64,000 nucleotides of DNA from Octopus sinensis (lineage: Eukaryota), in contig NC_042998.1 of the NCBI RefSeq assembly GCF_006345805.1, positions 170,066,001-170,130,000 on the forward strand. The letters are read 5' to 3'. Shown here piece by piece: positions 1 through 12,823 of the stretch (positions are counted from its first letter, which is position 1; each line of letters begins with the position of its first letter). A program made the translations under genes and the position numbers. Below the pieces are notes generated by a model. That model was given only the letters and a program-made list of their open reading frames with translations, ran no database searches and had not been told where the DNA came from.

Positions 1-680
1 GTGCTGTTTGGCGTCGTCGCTGGAACTGGCTATGTCATGTGGTCAAACCTTAGAAGGTCTGGAACCAACAGACTTTGAGACAAGGAGAAGTTGAGTTTTT
101 ATAAGTAATAGTAGGCTCAATTGGAGTTTAGAACAGATTGTCTCACATGATCTTATTTAGGGACTTCGATTTGTTAGATTGCATATTGGCATGATAGAGT
201 AAGAGACAAATTGCACCAATAACAACCAATCAGAGTGGTGGACACAACAGGGTTCAAATAGCGTCCAAAGGTTAACTGTTATCTGCTATGTTCAAATGTA
301 TATATATATGGAGAGAGAGTATACGCTTAGGGAAATTTCTCTCTCTGTTATATATATACAAATACGGACATAATAGATAACAGGTAGCCTTCGGCTGCCC
401 TTTTGCACCTTGTTGTGTCCACTACTCTGATTGGTTGGTGTTGGCACACATTTGTCTCTTGCTCTATTGCATGCTAATATGCATCCCAACTAACCTTCTG
501 ATAAGGTCACGTAACACAGTCTCCTCTAAACCTCAGTTTGCGCCGACTTATCCCTATAAAACTTCATTGACACATCGAGTCAATGTCTTTCAGTTCCAGA
601 CCTCTTAAGGTCTAGCCACTGACCACACAGGACACAGCCAGTTCCAGTGACAACACAACAGCAGCCACATAGAGACGCAT
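1..680. repeat. Large imperfect inverted repeat (arms ~1-319 and ~339-680), probably continuing beyond the left edge
   Basis: The reverse complement of 345-680 aligns along its length with 1-310. Examples: ctggaactggctatgtca/ctggaactggctgtgtcc, caaccaatcagagtggtggacacaaca/caaccaatcagagtagtggacacaaca, gcatattggcatg..agagtaagagacaaat/gcatattagcatg..agagcaagagacaaat. Spacer ~320-338. Confidence 0.85.
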
Positions 681-1385
681 CAACACTCGACCAAGAGCAT
701 ATAGCAATCTCCTTCTTCGTCGCTTCCATCATCTTCTTTATGTCGTCAACATCATCTCTATGTACACATCAACCAGCAACACTCGCACAGGTTCTATTTC
801 AACACTGTGAATTACTTCATCTTGGTTAGCAACAAATACAACCTGTGAGAACTTCTGTACCAAGTAACCAGCTCTGCATAGTAGCCACAGCTTCAAGCAG
901 GACATGTGCCTCAATCGGCTCTGCATTGCTGCCACAACTTCTTGTTACAGCACTTCAACTATCGTGTACTTTGACTACGAACTGGTATGTATCCTTGTCT
1001 AAACATTATAAACTCTTCCAATACTCTGTATGTTATGCACACACATATACATTATGTATACATGGCGGCCTGTCTACTGTTATTAGTATATATGTATTTA
1101 TGACGCATACACACACGTTAACACATAAATAAAATCTCTTAAACATTCTACTCATTTGTGTCTCTTTTCCTTCTGGCACTGATACTCATTCATCCATTTC
1201 GCCTTTATTGTATCGACCATGTGGTGTACTAAAGGAGCCATTCTCGTCACCTCTCCTTCGCACGCTCGTTTACATATAAAATAAAGGAGAGAGGAATTTC
1301 ACTAGAGTGTATGCTACATCTGCTAGCATATTCCTAGCCTCTGTTGTTGATCCACAACTGGGTTACATAAAATTTTGCGACCTCC
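346..1385 (+). mobile_element. Possible solo or 5' LTR of an LTR retrotransposon
   Basis: Starts TGTTA (346) and ends GGTTACA (1367), contains AATAAA signals, and is followed by taaaattTTGCGACC, which resembles a decayed TGGCG primer-binding site. No gag/pol recognised. Confidence 0.3.
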
Positions 1386-2334
1386 ATCTTTTTGGTGTTG
1401 AATATTCCTACTGAATATCCCTATCACTCAACCTACTATACAGCCCTTTCGTCACTTACTGATGCCTATTATTCAGGCTTTTCAGTCTGTAAAGAGATGG
1501 ACAAGCAAGCAGAAATGTGGGCTTGTGTCATGAAAAATGCACCCAGTACACTTTGGAAAGTGATTAGTGATAAAGACGTAGCTATAGAAACCAAAATAGA
1601 ACACAAGATGGTCCTCACCCTGGCCTGGTAACCAATGTCAGGGGACATAAATGCGTGTATTATCATATGTGTGCGTAATTGTTAAGTGCAAACTGCATAG
1701 AAGCTTGTTGAGTGTACTGTAGCTGTAATTTACTCATTCGGCCATGCGGATTCAACGTACGGAATATAATAAAGTTGTAAATGTGGAATGCTCAGTCACA
1801 CTTTGATTCACGAATGGAAATTCATTAATCCTACAACAATAGAGATCCACCACCCACTATCACATGTGTAACTACACACACAAACACGATTGCGTGGGTG
1901 CGCGCGCGAGCCAGAGAGAGAAAGAGAGAGACTATGCATATTCCTCATAGGATTAGTTTCTTGTGCATCCATTGGTCAGTAGCAACCAAACAAAGCCAAG
2001 ACGATGAAAAGCGTTCGAGTTGTTATCATGACTGCAAACCCTTTTATTCAATAAAGTTGACACGATTCAAGACAGTAAGGCGTGATGTGTGAGAAGCTTG
2101 CTATTTTCAGCAGGTTTTGCGGCCGTTTGTTTAAAAAAAAATTCTTTGCCGATCAGCAATACTCTACACTCTCCCTACTCTCTTGTTTTGCACCCTCAGG
2201 GCGGTGGTTCAACAAGCGAAGTGGTCACCCACGAATTAGAAACGGCATCAGATTTAACTCACTGGGAGAGTGCAATGGAAGTGGGGCATGACGATATAAA
2301 TTATACATAATATTAAGAAAATAATGTAATACAT

Positions 2335-2450
2335 AACATCCGTTCATTTGACAGCGTGTTTGATCACATTGAAAGCAGCCTTGGCCTGTTCAATCCTTGA
2401 CATAATTTCTTTGATGCTATGATGGTATTCCTTATGGAATACTTCTCTCA
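2335..2450 (-). mobile_element. Small RTE-type reverse transcriptase fragment
   Basis: Minus strand reads KEIMSRIEQAKAAFNVIK, matching the RTE post-YLG motif EI..RI..AK.AF. Confidence 0.45.
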
Positions 2451-5400
2451 CTCCCTCTCTCCACACACACAGTGCTTAGTTTAGTTGAAATACTGAAGCC
2501 AATTTTGTCTGATAGTTTATGTCCACCGTTGTCACATTGGCTCGTGCAGATTTTGTCTGAGAACGCCATTAACTGTATTTGTATCTGAAATATTTACATC
2601 AATTTCACTAGTAGATATTAAGTGATGTTCATTGAGAACAGAAAAACTACTAGACGATATATGAAAAATTATTAATCCTAAATCCCCCCACCCCACAAAA
2701 AATTTAATTTGGTATCATGATTATTAAAAAATTTTCTCACGTAAAAGTTTGAAGAATTTTCAATTAAATGCACTTTTTTAATAACAAAAAAGTTTGTTCA
2801 AAGGTAAAAGTACTAGGTACAACTGTCTTTAGCTTGTTCACTCGTAATTATTGATATCTAAATTTCTTTGGGTACAGGTCTTTTCAAAATATTTGTTGTG
2901 ATAAATACACTTACGATGAAAATGGTTAGCAATGTTTATCTTAGAATTTATATCATTAGAAACATAAAAAGAAACCACACAGACTCGATACATGACTTAA
3001 CTCTAAATAGGTATATGAAACAACGTGATTAGTAAAAGTTGTGAATAACGTGAAATAATATCACAGATAAACTGAGAGGACACTGCATGAAATAAATGTT
3101 TCTTGTACTGATTGGCAAGAAACGTATACCTAAGAAGATACAGTGTTTTGACGTTCTTTTACCAAAATAATGTGAAACATACCCACTCAGTAATTGAAAC
3201 CAACTTGCAGAGGCGGCTCGTTAGGAGCTTACCTCTGCCGTACGACGCTCACTATGCAAATAAAATATAAATTTACCCGCAAAGACAATGATTCACAACG
3301 AGAAAAAAAAATCAGAAAATTAACCAGGATTTGTGGGGTAGATTTGGAAAATTAGAGGGAACTTTACGAAAAGAAAATCAAAACAAAACTGGAAGTTCTT
3401 TAGAATATATATAAAAGATATACAAGTAGAGAGAGAGAGAAGTGAAGAAGTCAAGTGCAGTTAATTTCATTATTTGTAGAATATCTGTACATCCTCCCTC
3501 ACCACCCCTCTCTCTCTTCTGCTGTCACTTGTAATCGAGTATGATTTGGTAGCAGAAAAGGACTTTCCCCTAATATTAGGAAGAAGCTTCAACGGTATTT
3601 TCGTTCTCTCATAAGATAGTAGATTCAAGGCTTTGGTATAAAAGAAATTACTGATATACTGTTGACAGACAGTATTGTAACATCATCTACGATTATTCAC
3701 TAGCACAAAATGCTAAGAGAGCCAGATCAGTTCGTTGTTTAGCGATTTAATATAGACTATATGTTTTCCCAAAGAGAAATAGCAGTTCAGATTAATACAA
3801 CAGACGAAAGTTATAAGGTTAGCTTGATTAATACTTCAATGTTTTCGAAATGGGCGCGCACACGCACGCACTCACTGGTCCACACACACACAGTTGCGCG
3901 CTTACACGCAAGTCCGTTTAAGAGAGATATCTTTCAATAGGATTTCATGGTTGCAAGTTCTCTAAATAACATTGTTTTATAAACTTCGCTCAGAGTTGTT
4001 GAGACCAGTTATATCTATGAGACAAATCATGACCACAAAAACAGATTCAGGCTATTTTCGTTGTAAAGGGTTCGTCCATTTGCCCTTGAAATTTAAATGA
4101 AGAAAAAAAAACGTCGGAGGTCTGGAATAGGTCGCCCACGGATAAATGGATTGAATATAAACGAATTCCAAGCAACTTGCGTCAGTCTTAAAAATATATC
4201 TACCGATGTAATTGAATCATTGATACAATATAAAGACAAAATGTTATAAATTTTAAAAAAAATCGATCCGAACTTTCGAAGCTCTTAGAAAACCAAATGG
4301 AAGTATCGTTAACCATTTCCGACTTCGTTTACTGTAAGATTACGCACACTTTTCAAGTTTCTTACATCAGCAAATAATAGAATGTTCAGGATAAATAGCG
4401 CATGGAATATACACTTTACTCATTGAAATAAATGATTATCAAAGTGAAACTATTCTATTTACAAATCTGAACCAAGTTGCAGACTTAGTTCGCCGAGAAC
4501 TTTTGCTGCACTCTAGTACTTACCACCCAACATAATTCTATCAAAATAGTTTTATTGCATCTAAGAGATAAATTTCTTCAAAAATCAAAGGCATTCTAAG
4601 AAGAAACCTTTTGAAATTAAATTGTTACTGTTACACAAAAAAGTGCAATATTCAAGATCCTAGTTATCGATTCTTACATTGCAGGAAATTGTTATATTGT
4701 ATAAACAAGATGATCATTGTTTGCCTATCAGCAACGCTATCAAATTATGTTTACGATGGGTAGAGCAAAATGTGTTAAAATAAACCAATAACTAAGCAAA
4801 ATAGTGTAGTAGTCCTTACAAACGTTGCATTGAGACCCCTCTCCTAAAAATCATGTCAAAAAATGGAAATACTAAACCTAATTGATTTAATACCTTTTTA
4901 GCGTCAGTTAAAAATCGATAGCAACATAGTCGAATTCGAGATTAAATATATATATATATAGTTTTCTATATTCATATCAAAATTGTGTATAATACCCTGA
5001 ACCTTGCAACAGAAGTTTTTCCATTCCCATTCTTAGAAAGCGCACGTTAAGCGCTAGGCTACTCGAAGCCGCAACAAGTTTCAATTCCCGTTTACTCCTG
5101 GGAACTGTATAGAGCTCACTTTATCAAATTTCGTTCTTTATAAATATAAGACTTATGCATGCAATAAACTATTATAATCCAAGCAGCTCTATATAAGATG
5201 AGGAAACAAATTTTTACCTTTTATTATTCGGGAGAGAGGAGTCTACATAATAAGTACTTATACTAAATGGATTGATTCTGTTGACCATATATTTCCAGTA
5301 CAATGAATAAAAAGAACTACCCACCAGATTTTCCACTCAGCAAATTTAGGAAACAAAGAGACATTTCGTAAAGGATCAATAGATCAAATTTAAGTTATTT

Positions 5401-5818
5401 ATAGAAAAAGCAATAACAGATTTGCGTAAGAAAATATAGTAAAAAATATTTGAAAATGTTCTGCCTTTTAAATATGCATTTGTTAATAAAGAAGCATAAA
5501 TAAATTTTGAAATATTGCTGACAATTGAATAAACATCTTTTTAAAAACGATCTAAATTAATCCTTTTTCTATAATGAAAAAAAAAAAAAAAGGGTGTGGG
5601 GGGGCATCGAAGAAAACGTTTATCACAATTATAACATGAATGAATTACTTTATATCGTATATGTGTGTGACGCGCGCGAACGCACAAAAAGGTGAAGATT
5701 AACACCTGTCAGTAGCCGCGGGCCGCAACACCTTCGACATCACTTGATTTTATTTTGCTTTGTTCTTAGAAGTTGTAATTTACCTTAATCCAGGGTGGGC
5801 AAATTTATCCCTATGTAT

Positions 5819-6018
5819 GAGTGGTTCTCAACCGGGGGTCCATGTAAGACTTTGTTGTTAAAGTTTATGTGCAACAAATTGGTTACACTTCTACAATACA
5901 TAAAATATTTTAATATTAAAAAAAGTAAAACGGTTTTGACGTCCATCGGAGTAATAGGGGAATCAAAAGAAGGTTTATAGGCAAAAAAAAAAAAAAAAAA
6001 AATGGTTGAGAACCACTG
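5819..6018. mobile_element. hAT/Charlie-type MITE, ~200 bp
   Basis: Terminal inverted repeats (g)AGTGGTTCTCAACC at 5819 and GGTTGAGAACCACTG at 6004-6018. The 8-bp flanks ctatgtat/ctctaaat match only partly. Confidence 0.6.
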
Positions 6019-7450
6019 CTCTAAATAATGAAGTGTCTTTTGTAGTACATTAAATATTTTGTTCATATATAATGTTCTACAGAACTTAGAATGTATGTGC
6101 GTGTGTAATGTATGAAATAGAATGCGTTAAATAGAATACACATAGAATTCTATTTGCAATGTGTAATGAAAATTAAAATAAGGTAGTTTAGAACAAATAG
6201 AGAGAATTTCGATAGATGTAAGTTCTGAAAAGCATCGGGTTATTTTTTACATCAATATTCTGGAAACTATGTCAAACTTTGTACGTAATCAAGAGCTTTG
6301 AAGCGCAGTGTTGAATTGATGTTTTTTCTTTCTTTTTCGATCATCTTTTCCTTTTTTTTCTTTCTTTACTCATGTTTGTTTTCTTCGGTTTTGGATTGGT
6401 ATTTTAAAGTGGTTTTGTAATTATATATATACATATATCATAAACATACATATTATATATGTAATTATTAAATTATTAAGAACTAGAATATTTACAAATT
6501 GATAATATTCCAATGAAAAACATTTCGGAAAGGGATAATGAAGCTTTCGTTATGTCAAATATGACATCCATAGGTATGTTAACAAAGAAAGTAACTTCTT
6601 GTTTAAGTTTCGGTTTCACATTTGATGTAAACTAAGTGAAGGTAAATCGATACGAATACTGGCGCGGGTACACACACATACATAATTTCTCTAAGAGGGC
6701 TGGCTGTTACCAGCAGTTGCTTGTTGTGCAGACTTAATTTCTGCTAAACACAAACGCGTACAATGTAGGTAATCTAAGGGCATATAGTTTACAAGCAAAA
6801 ACATTACTCTTACCAAAAGTATTTCATAAGCAATATTTACCACGTTGAAACAAGAAATAGAACTTAAACTGAATTAACAATAAGAGACGGAAGGATTTTG
6901 GATGAAGTAAGAGAAAACACACGCTCAGTTTGCATTCTTCGATACGTCAACTTCTCTAAAATAAAACATTTGAAAAATTTTTTTTAAAATGTTTTCTAAG
7001 ACTGTAAGATTTACACCTGAAAACAGACATTAAGAATTAAAAAAGTAAAAAAAAAGGGAAAATAATTTCAATACTGTTGAGTTAAATGTTATGCTGTTTA
7101 TTGTATTTTGGGCCATATTGGATGCTTTCTATGCCGCATCTCCAAACGGGACAGCTACTATCAGCAACAGATGTAGGACAGTCTGTACAACATCCCTGTT
7201 GTTGCTGCTACTAGCAAGCATCTCCTCGCCTCGCAGAATGACGAATAACTCCATTCCTATAACAACGTATAAAACTTGTTAACTATCAGTTTCTATCCGT
7301 GCAATTAACTTGTAGACACTGTTCAGAGCTAACAACTTCACTGAAGTAATATAATAAATAATTGACTGGTTTGCGCTAAATGTTATAAAAAAAATGTACG
7401 TCCTTAAAAGTGGCGTAAAGGACACAATTAGACGATGTTAGCTATTTATC

Positions 7451-7492
<42 letters not shown>

Positions 7493-7582
7493 CACACACA
7501 CACAGAGTACAGAATCCCTCTGCAATATACGCGCGCACGCACACACACACACACACAGAATTATCCATACATGTGTGTGTGT
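7451..7582. repeat. Compound (TA)n/(TGTA)n/(CA)n/(GT)n microsatellite
   Basis: Directly visible dinucleotide runs. Confidence 0.95.
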
Positions 7583-7815
7583 GTGCGGCGCAATGGTAAA
7601 ATTTTAGGAAACTAATTCCAAACGTTAGAAATAATAAACTCAATACTTTGAGAAAATAAAATTAAACAAATAAAACAGGATAAAAAATCTTGCACGCTCT
7701 TAACAGAAAACCCCTTCAAAAAGTTACAAAAATTTACTTGAAAACATGCGATGCACACACACACACGCAGACTCAAGAAAAGAGTGTAATTTACATGCAG
7801 ATATGAAATATTCAC

Positions 7816-8646
7816 CTCAAAAGCCCAAGTGCAGGAAATCCCAGCATATCTCTGGACACACCTTCCAATTTCTACATCTTCATGTAAAGTGAGCGGACTC
7901 TGCATACAATGGTCGACATGGCTGGCCACTAGTTTTAAAGTAGCCCGACTAAACACTATACCAGGTCCTCCCATACAAAAGTTTTCATTTTCTTTAAGTT
8001 TTAATAGACCAGACTCTTCTTTGGTCCCAAGCCCAGCTTGGCCTATAAATTGTGGTTTTGAACTATTAATCGATCTTAAAAAACTTTGGAGGCGTGATCC
8101 TTTGATGTATACATCATCATCTGCCCTCATAAACCACTCAAATTCATCAATATAATGATCATGCATGTACTTTAACATACTGAATGATTTCTTCTGAGGT
8201 GGGTAAGTATCATCAACGCCTCGCAGACCGACTACCGGGAGATCACCATTTCCTTGAGAAGTTTCACTAGAAAAGAAAATCACTTCTCCGTTTATCGAAC
8301 GGGCCCAAGTTTTGTACGCAGCAATTGCTCGGGTATTTAGGTACTTTTTAGCAGTCATGACACCAATAAGTATGAAGTTTTTCGTAGATTTTCGAACATT
8401 CTGTGGTTCCTGAGTTTGCTGGCATGAAGTTGAAGCATAAGGCTGTGATGTATCCGTTACTTGTACAGGATCATTGGAAAGTTGACCTAAGATACAGCAT
8501 CTTCCATGGGATAATCCACAAGTGATAAACCGATAACCACTCCAACTGGCCAGTAACATGCCACTGATGATACCGAAAAGTATCCCAATTAAAGAATTTG
8601 TTCGAATTCCATACCTCCGTTTGGCCATGCTTCCTTCTCCATGCAT
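7816..8646 (-). CDS. CHSY1: Chondroitin sulfate synthase 1-like, first coding exon (signal anchor plus N-terminal GT31/Fringe-like glucuronyltransferase domain)
   Basis: Translation has a type II TM anchor and the motifs GVMTAKKYL..RA, GVDDTYPPQKKSF.ML, EWFMRADDDVY (DXD), FCMGGPG, HEDVE.GRCV..AG..C.W..E. The exon ends GAG|GTGAAT at 7816/7815 (831 nt, phase 0), where I recall vertebrate CHSY1 also has an intron. Alternative start at 8628 (MAKRR). The next exon is not in the window. Confidence 0.95.
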
Positions 8647-8757
8647 CCAGAAGTTCCTTAGGACAGTTTTCTGGCTCGGAGTTAAAAGAACTAATTGAGA
8701 ACATAACCATTAACCAGCCATCAGTAGAATCCAACTAAAACATCCTGATGCGATTGT

Positions 8758-9439
8758 CTGAAGTTTAAAGAGAACACCCACACGCAGTTTGTATCTTATC
8801 TTTGGCATCTAACTTGGAAACTTTTTTTTAATATATATTAGAAGCCGCAATTTCCAAATTTGTGGAAAATACATTTAAATTCAATGATCTGTAATAGTTT
8901 CGCATAGTTCGGTTATTTTTCTTTTCTCCTGAAACCTATTCTGAAGACCCGCTCCAAATAACAGGACGAAGTGACAAGCACCATGCGTCTGACTGATTTA
9001 TATATAGCTGCCAGCTAGCATTTCTTATGGGTCGATTTGAGATTCATGACGTAATAGCTCTCGCAGAATGAAAATAATTAGTTGATTAAAATTTAATTTT
9101 TTAGATCGAATATAATTTATAATAAAAAAAGACGCTTAAATAAATATATTATATAAATTTTCTTTATTCTTTATTAAAATGTAACGAAACTGATATTTTC
9201 TCCGGAAACTGCCGAAGTAACTACTACAATTCCAATATGGCGGACTACTTAAATGTGTGAAACAATAAGTTTATTGAAGAAAGTAATTTTAATATTATTA
9301 AGTTATTTGAATTTTTAAAAATATTCTTCGAAGCTACAATGCTTCTTTATTGTATGGTAGGGAATATTACTAGTGCAGTCAGTCGGTGATTATTAAAATT
9401 AACCTGAAAGCTGTGTTGTTGCTGGAGTAAACACCAAAC
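8758..9439. promoter_or_regulatory. Probable bidirectional promoter and 5' UTRs between CHSY and RPRD2-like
   Basis: Divergent ATGs at 8646 (-) and 9440 (+). CpG-containing. CRE-like TGACGTAA at 9047-9054, CCGGAA at 9202, YY1-like AATATGGCGG at 9234-9243. Confidence 0.65.
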
Positions 9440-9593
9440 ATGGCGTCATCCTTGAATGAAGAAAGTGTTGAAAGAAAACTACATGCTGTTAACAACACGC
9501 AAGATGGCATTCAAAGTATGTCATTATGGATTATTCATCATAAAGCGCATCATAAGAAGATAGTCGATTTATGGCTAAAAGTCTTGAAAAAAG
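9440..9593 (+). CDS. RPRD2: Regulation of nuclear pre-mRNA domain-containing protein (RPRD2-like, RNA Pol II CTD-interacting domain), exon 1; absent from the ORF track
   Basis: MASSLNEESVERKLHAVNNTQDGIQSMSLWIIHHKAHHKKIVDLWLKVLKK, then a strong G|GTAAGT donor (154 nt, phase 1). Matches the N-terminal CID helices of RPRD proteins and their first-intron position. HHKKIV..WL.VLK favours RPRD2 over RPRD1. Confidence 0.85.
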
Positions 9594-12219
9594 GTAAGTA
9601 AATGGTGCCGACTTCCCTTCTCGCTTGCAAGCATACGTTAGTAATTTTCTTTACACATCTCTGTTATTCTAACAAACTGCGCGTGTAATTAAGCATACCT
9701 ACCTTATGAATTGAAACTAACAATGTAAATAAGGATTCATTTACTAATTTAAACCAAAGTGCATCTTAAATAGAATCTGTAAATGATATAATCGCATGCA
9801 AATAATTTCAATTAATTTACTTCGTTTTACTTCGTTTTACGAAGTGAATGCTTTATCGACAAGCTGGTTTATTTGTTGTTAAGAAAACAAATGATGCTAA
9901 AGTGTTCTCTCAAAATACTATTGCACAATTTCAAGTTATTTATTTAGATATAGATATATTTGTATTGAGGGTTATTTTAAACAGTATTCTAATATTTTGT
10001 TTTGCGTGTTTTTTATTTCAAAAAACCAAATAGTAATAACTGTTGACTTGTTACCTGTGTTATTTCGAATACCCTTTTCACAAGGTATGAAATATTTAGC
10101 ATCTTTTTAATGTTAAGGTTTCAATAGTGTTGCAAATTCGGCTATCTCCAGATGAAGAACGTAAACTCAAAGTATGTATCTGCGTGTGTTGTGCAATGTT
10201 TATGAAACTATTTCGTCTTTCGTTCAATATATTGTAATCAGTTAAATATCGTTTCTATAAGAGTTCTGTTTGCATATTTGACTTGCATTGAACAGGAGAT
10301 AATTGCTGCACTTGCTTTATTTATAAATCACTTGATTTACAAACTCAGCTCCTACCTATTCCAGCTCACTTCGTTGCATGTTTTAGATATTTGAACTCTA
10401 ATTTACATATAAATGCATTTTCAGGTAAACAATATTTTGCTACGAAAGCACATTGATTTATTAGTCATCGTGTTAGTTTATTTAGTTATACTGAAAACCG
10501 AATTTTTAAAAATACGATGAGATGAAGAGATTGAAGAAAGTTATTGAAACATATTAGAATTATTCATCTATTAGAAAATCTTTTAATTTTCTAAAAGAAA
10601 ACAATCTTAATATGCTAAACTAGTTACCTACATAACTGAATCCAAACATATGTTGATTGGCGGTTGCGGCCCATTGTAGCCACTACCATGCCTTATTACA
10701 GCTATCCCTCTTAGGTCATTCCCAACCTGCTGCAAACACAATCCTTAGTATTTAAGTTGAGATATAAATCGCAATCCAGGTAACTGTAATGCTTCTTTTG
10801 CTACTGTTTAGTGTAGTTGAACCCAAAAGTGGTCACTGCTGTCGAATTTAAATGCAAATAAAGGAAGATGAACATGTCTATTTAAATACAGGTAAAACAA
10901 TAATGAAGTGTTGTTATTTTAGTGTGGTTTAAAAATAAGCCATATCTCTATTAAATACTAATGGATTAATTAGCCATGATTTAACTAAGTAGTTATGAGT
11001 CCTATAAAAATATCCTATTGGTTATTCGTTCGTTGTTAGGTCATTTACTCAAGGTTAGCTATGACCATGATATAAACATTTGATCAGCTTCTTATTTCTA
11101 CCCATAATTTTGTCTTGGTTTTGAAAATTGAAGCAAATTTTTTTAGCAAGAAAAAAAAAAATCCTATTCAAAATAGAAAGTTGGAGAGAATTTTTAAAAT
11201 TTGAATATTCATAATTATTGTTTTGTGTATTGTATTCTATTAACGAATGCATAATTACTAGTTTGGAACCAAATTTTGTTATTCGATATTCACACGGTAC
11301 TGACCATTAATTATTTATTAATTAAAATAGAATTGTCTTTATTATCTCTCTTGTAGAATTTTATTTAGAAATTAAATTACATATGTTGTCATATTTTCTG
11401 AATTCCCAAATCTCCAGATTCAAAATTGATCCTCAAATTTTAATTCATTCATTGATTCGATGGCCACTTTTTGAAACTTTTAAAAATTCATTGTGTGTGT
11501 GTGTGTGTATATATGCGAGAGAGAGAGAGTGCAAAATCATTCTTTATGGGTTTAATTGAAGACAAGCATTTTCGATTTTGACTCCACAGTATCTAGATTT
11601 GATCGACGTGCAAAGGCTTCAAATGTCCTTCACCTCTATTGCAATTAAAATACAAAAGCATCTGCTTTTTTGTTTTAATCACGTTTTCATTGATTATTAT
11701 ATCTGCAATACGATATTGGTTTTATTTGTCACTAGCAATTTTTCAGTAGTGATACGATTTTTTTCCTTATTACTATAAAATAGATTAATTGGTCTGCAAC
11801 ATAATCTTATCACCTGTGTGTAAACAGTTATTTACTTCTTTAATCTGACACTTATTCATTGCCGAAATTAAAGCCAAAAACTAAACAAGAAAATAACACA
11901 GTAGTAGTAATAATAATGATTTATTTGCCACAGGAGCATCAGATGAGGAGGACATTGCAAAGATGAGTTACAATTTGTGTAGGGGATTTGCATGTGATTG
12001 GTGAGAGAGAAAAAAAGGCAGATTGTGAGAGATTTAGGGAGAAATGAGATGAAAAGTATACATGGTATACGTATGTAAATACATAGTTGATGCAGTCCTG
12101 ATACTCCTACTTTGGCCATTCAAGGAACCTGCAGAGCCATGATTATCCTGACTGTGAAGGGCACAAGCCTCTTACCAAGCTGTTCTCTCATGTATAGGTA
12201 TATATTTAAAGTAGTTCCA

Positions 12220-12820
12220 TTCATTTTTGCAATGGTCATAATAACAGCAATAATAACTGTTTCTAATATGGGCACACAGCCAGTGCTTGGCTGGGGTCAA
12301 TAGTATTTCATCAACCCTGGAAGAATGAAATGCTCCATTGATCTCGGCAGGATTTAACTAAGAATGTAAAGAGCTGGAAGAAATGACACAAAGCATATTT
12401 TCTAGTACAATTCTGCCAGTTTATCACCTTAATAATAATTGCTTCCTGTCCCCTCCCCACAAGTTTCTGGCATATAGCCAGAAATTTTTGGGCAGGGAAT
12501 TTGAAACAATTATTATTCAGCCTTGTGCTAAAAAATATCAGTGCTTGATTGGTATTTTATTGACTCTTGAAAGATGAAAGACAATGTTGACCTCTGTAGG
12601 ATTTGAACTCAGAATGATTAGAACCTGAACACTAGGCATATTGTCTGCTATTCTAACTTATTCTAATCTACTAATTTTGGAATTTGGTGGAAGAGAATTG
12701 TATATTGACTCAAGTACTTGAATAATATTTTAACAATTTTGGAGGAATAAGAAGCAAAGTTGACCTTAGTGGGAGCTGAACTCAAATATTGCAAGGCATT
12801 TTGTCTGTGATTTTACAATC
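12220..12820 (-). mobile_element. Cluster of three decayed tRNA-derived SINEs (type C)
   Basis: Repeated module ggtacttattttatcgac..gaaaggatgaaaggcaaagt.gacct...ggaatttgaactcag (B-box gagttcaaattcc on minus). Further copies near 24760-24985, 40050-40210, 44660-44830, 59635-59820 and 59850-60050. Confidence 0.7.
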
Positions 12821-12823
12821 CAC

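Noticed and set aside
1392-1631. 79 aa ORF after the LTR-like end as a possible gag
   Set aside because: No zinc knuckle or other recognisable motif, and it starts at a non-ATG codon.
3207-3238. GC-rich hairpin (another near 4476-4508) as a Helitron end
   Set aside because: Short, lacks the correctly spaced CTRR terminus, and is expected by chance.
7612-7815. C-terminal 67 aa of the 344 aa ORF
   Set aside because: Homology stops at CTWAFE, where a GT donor lies. The tail translates intron and (GT)n sequence.
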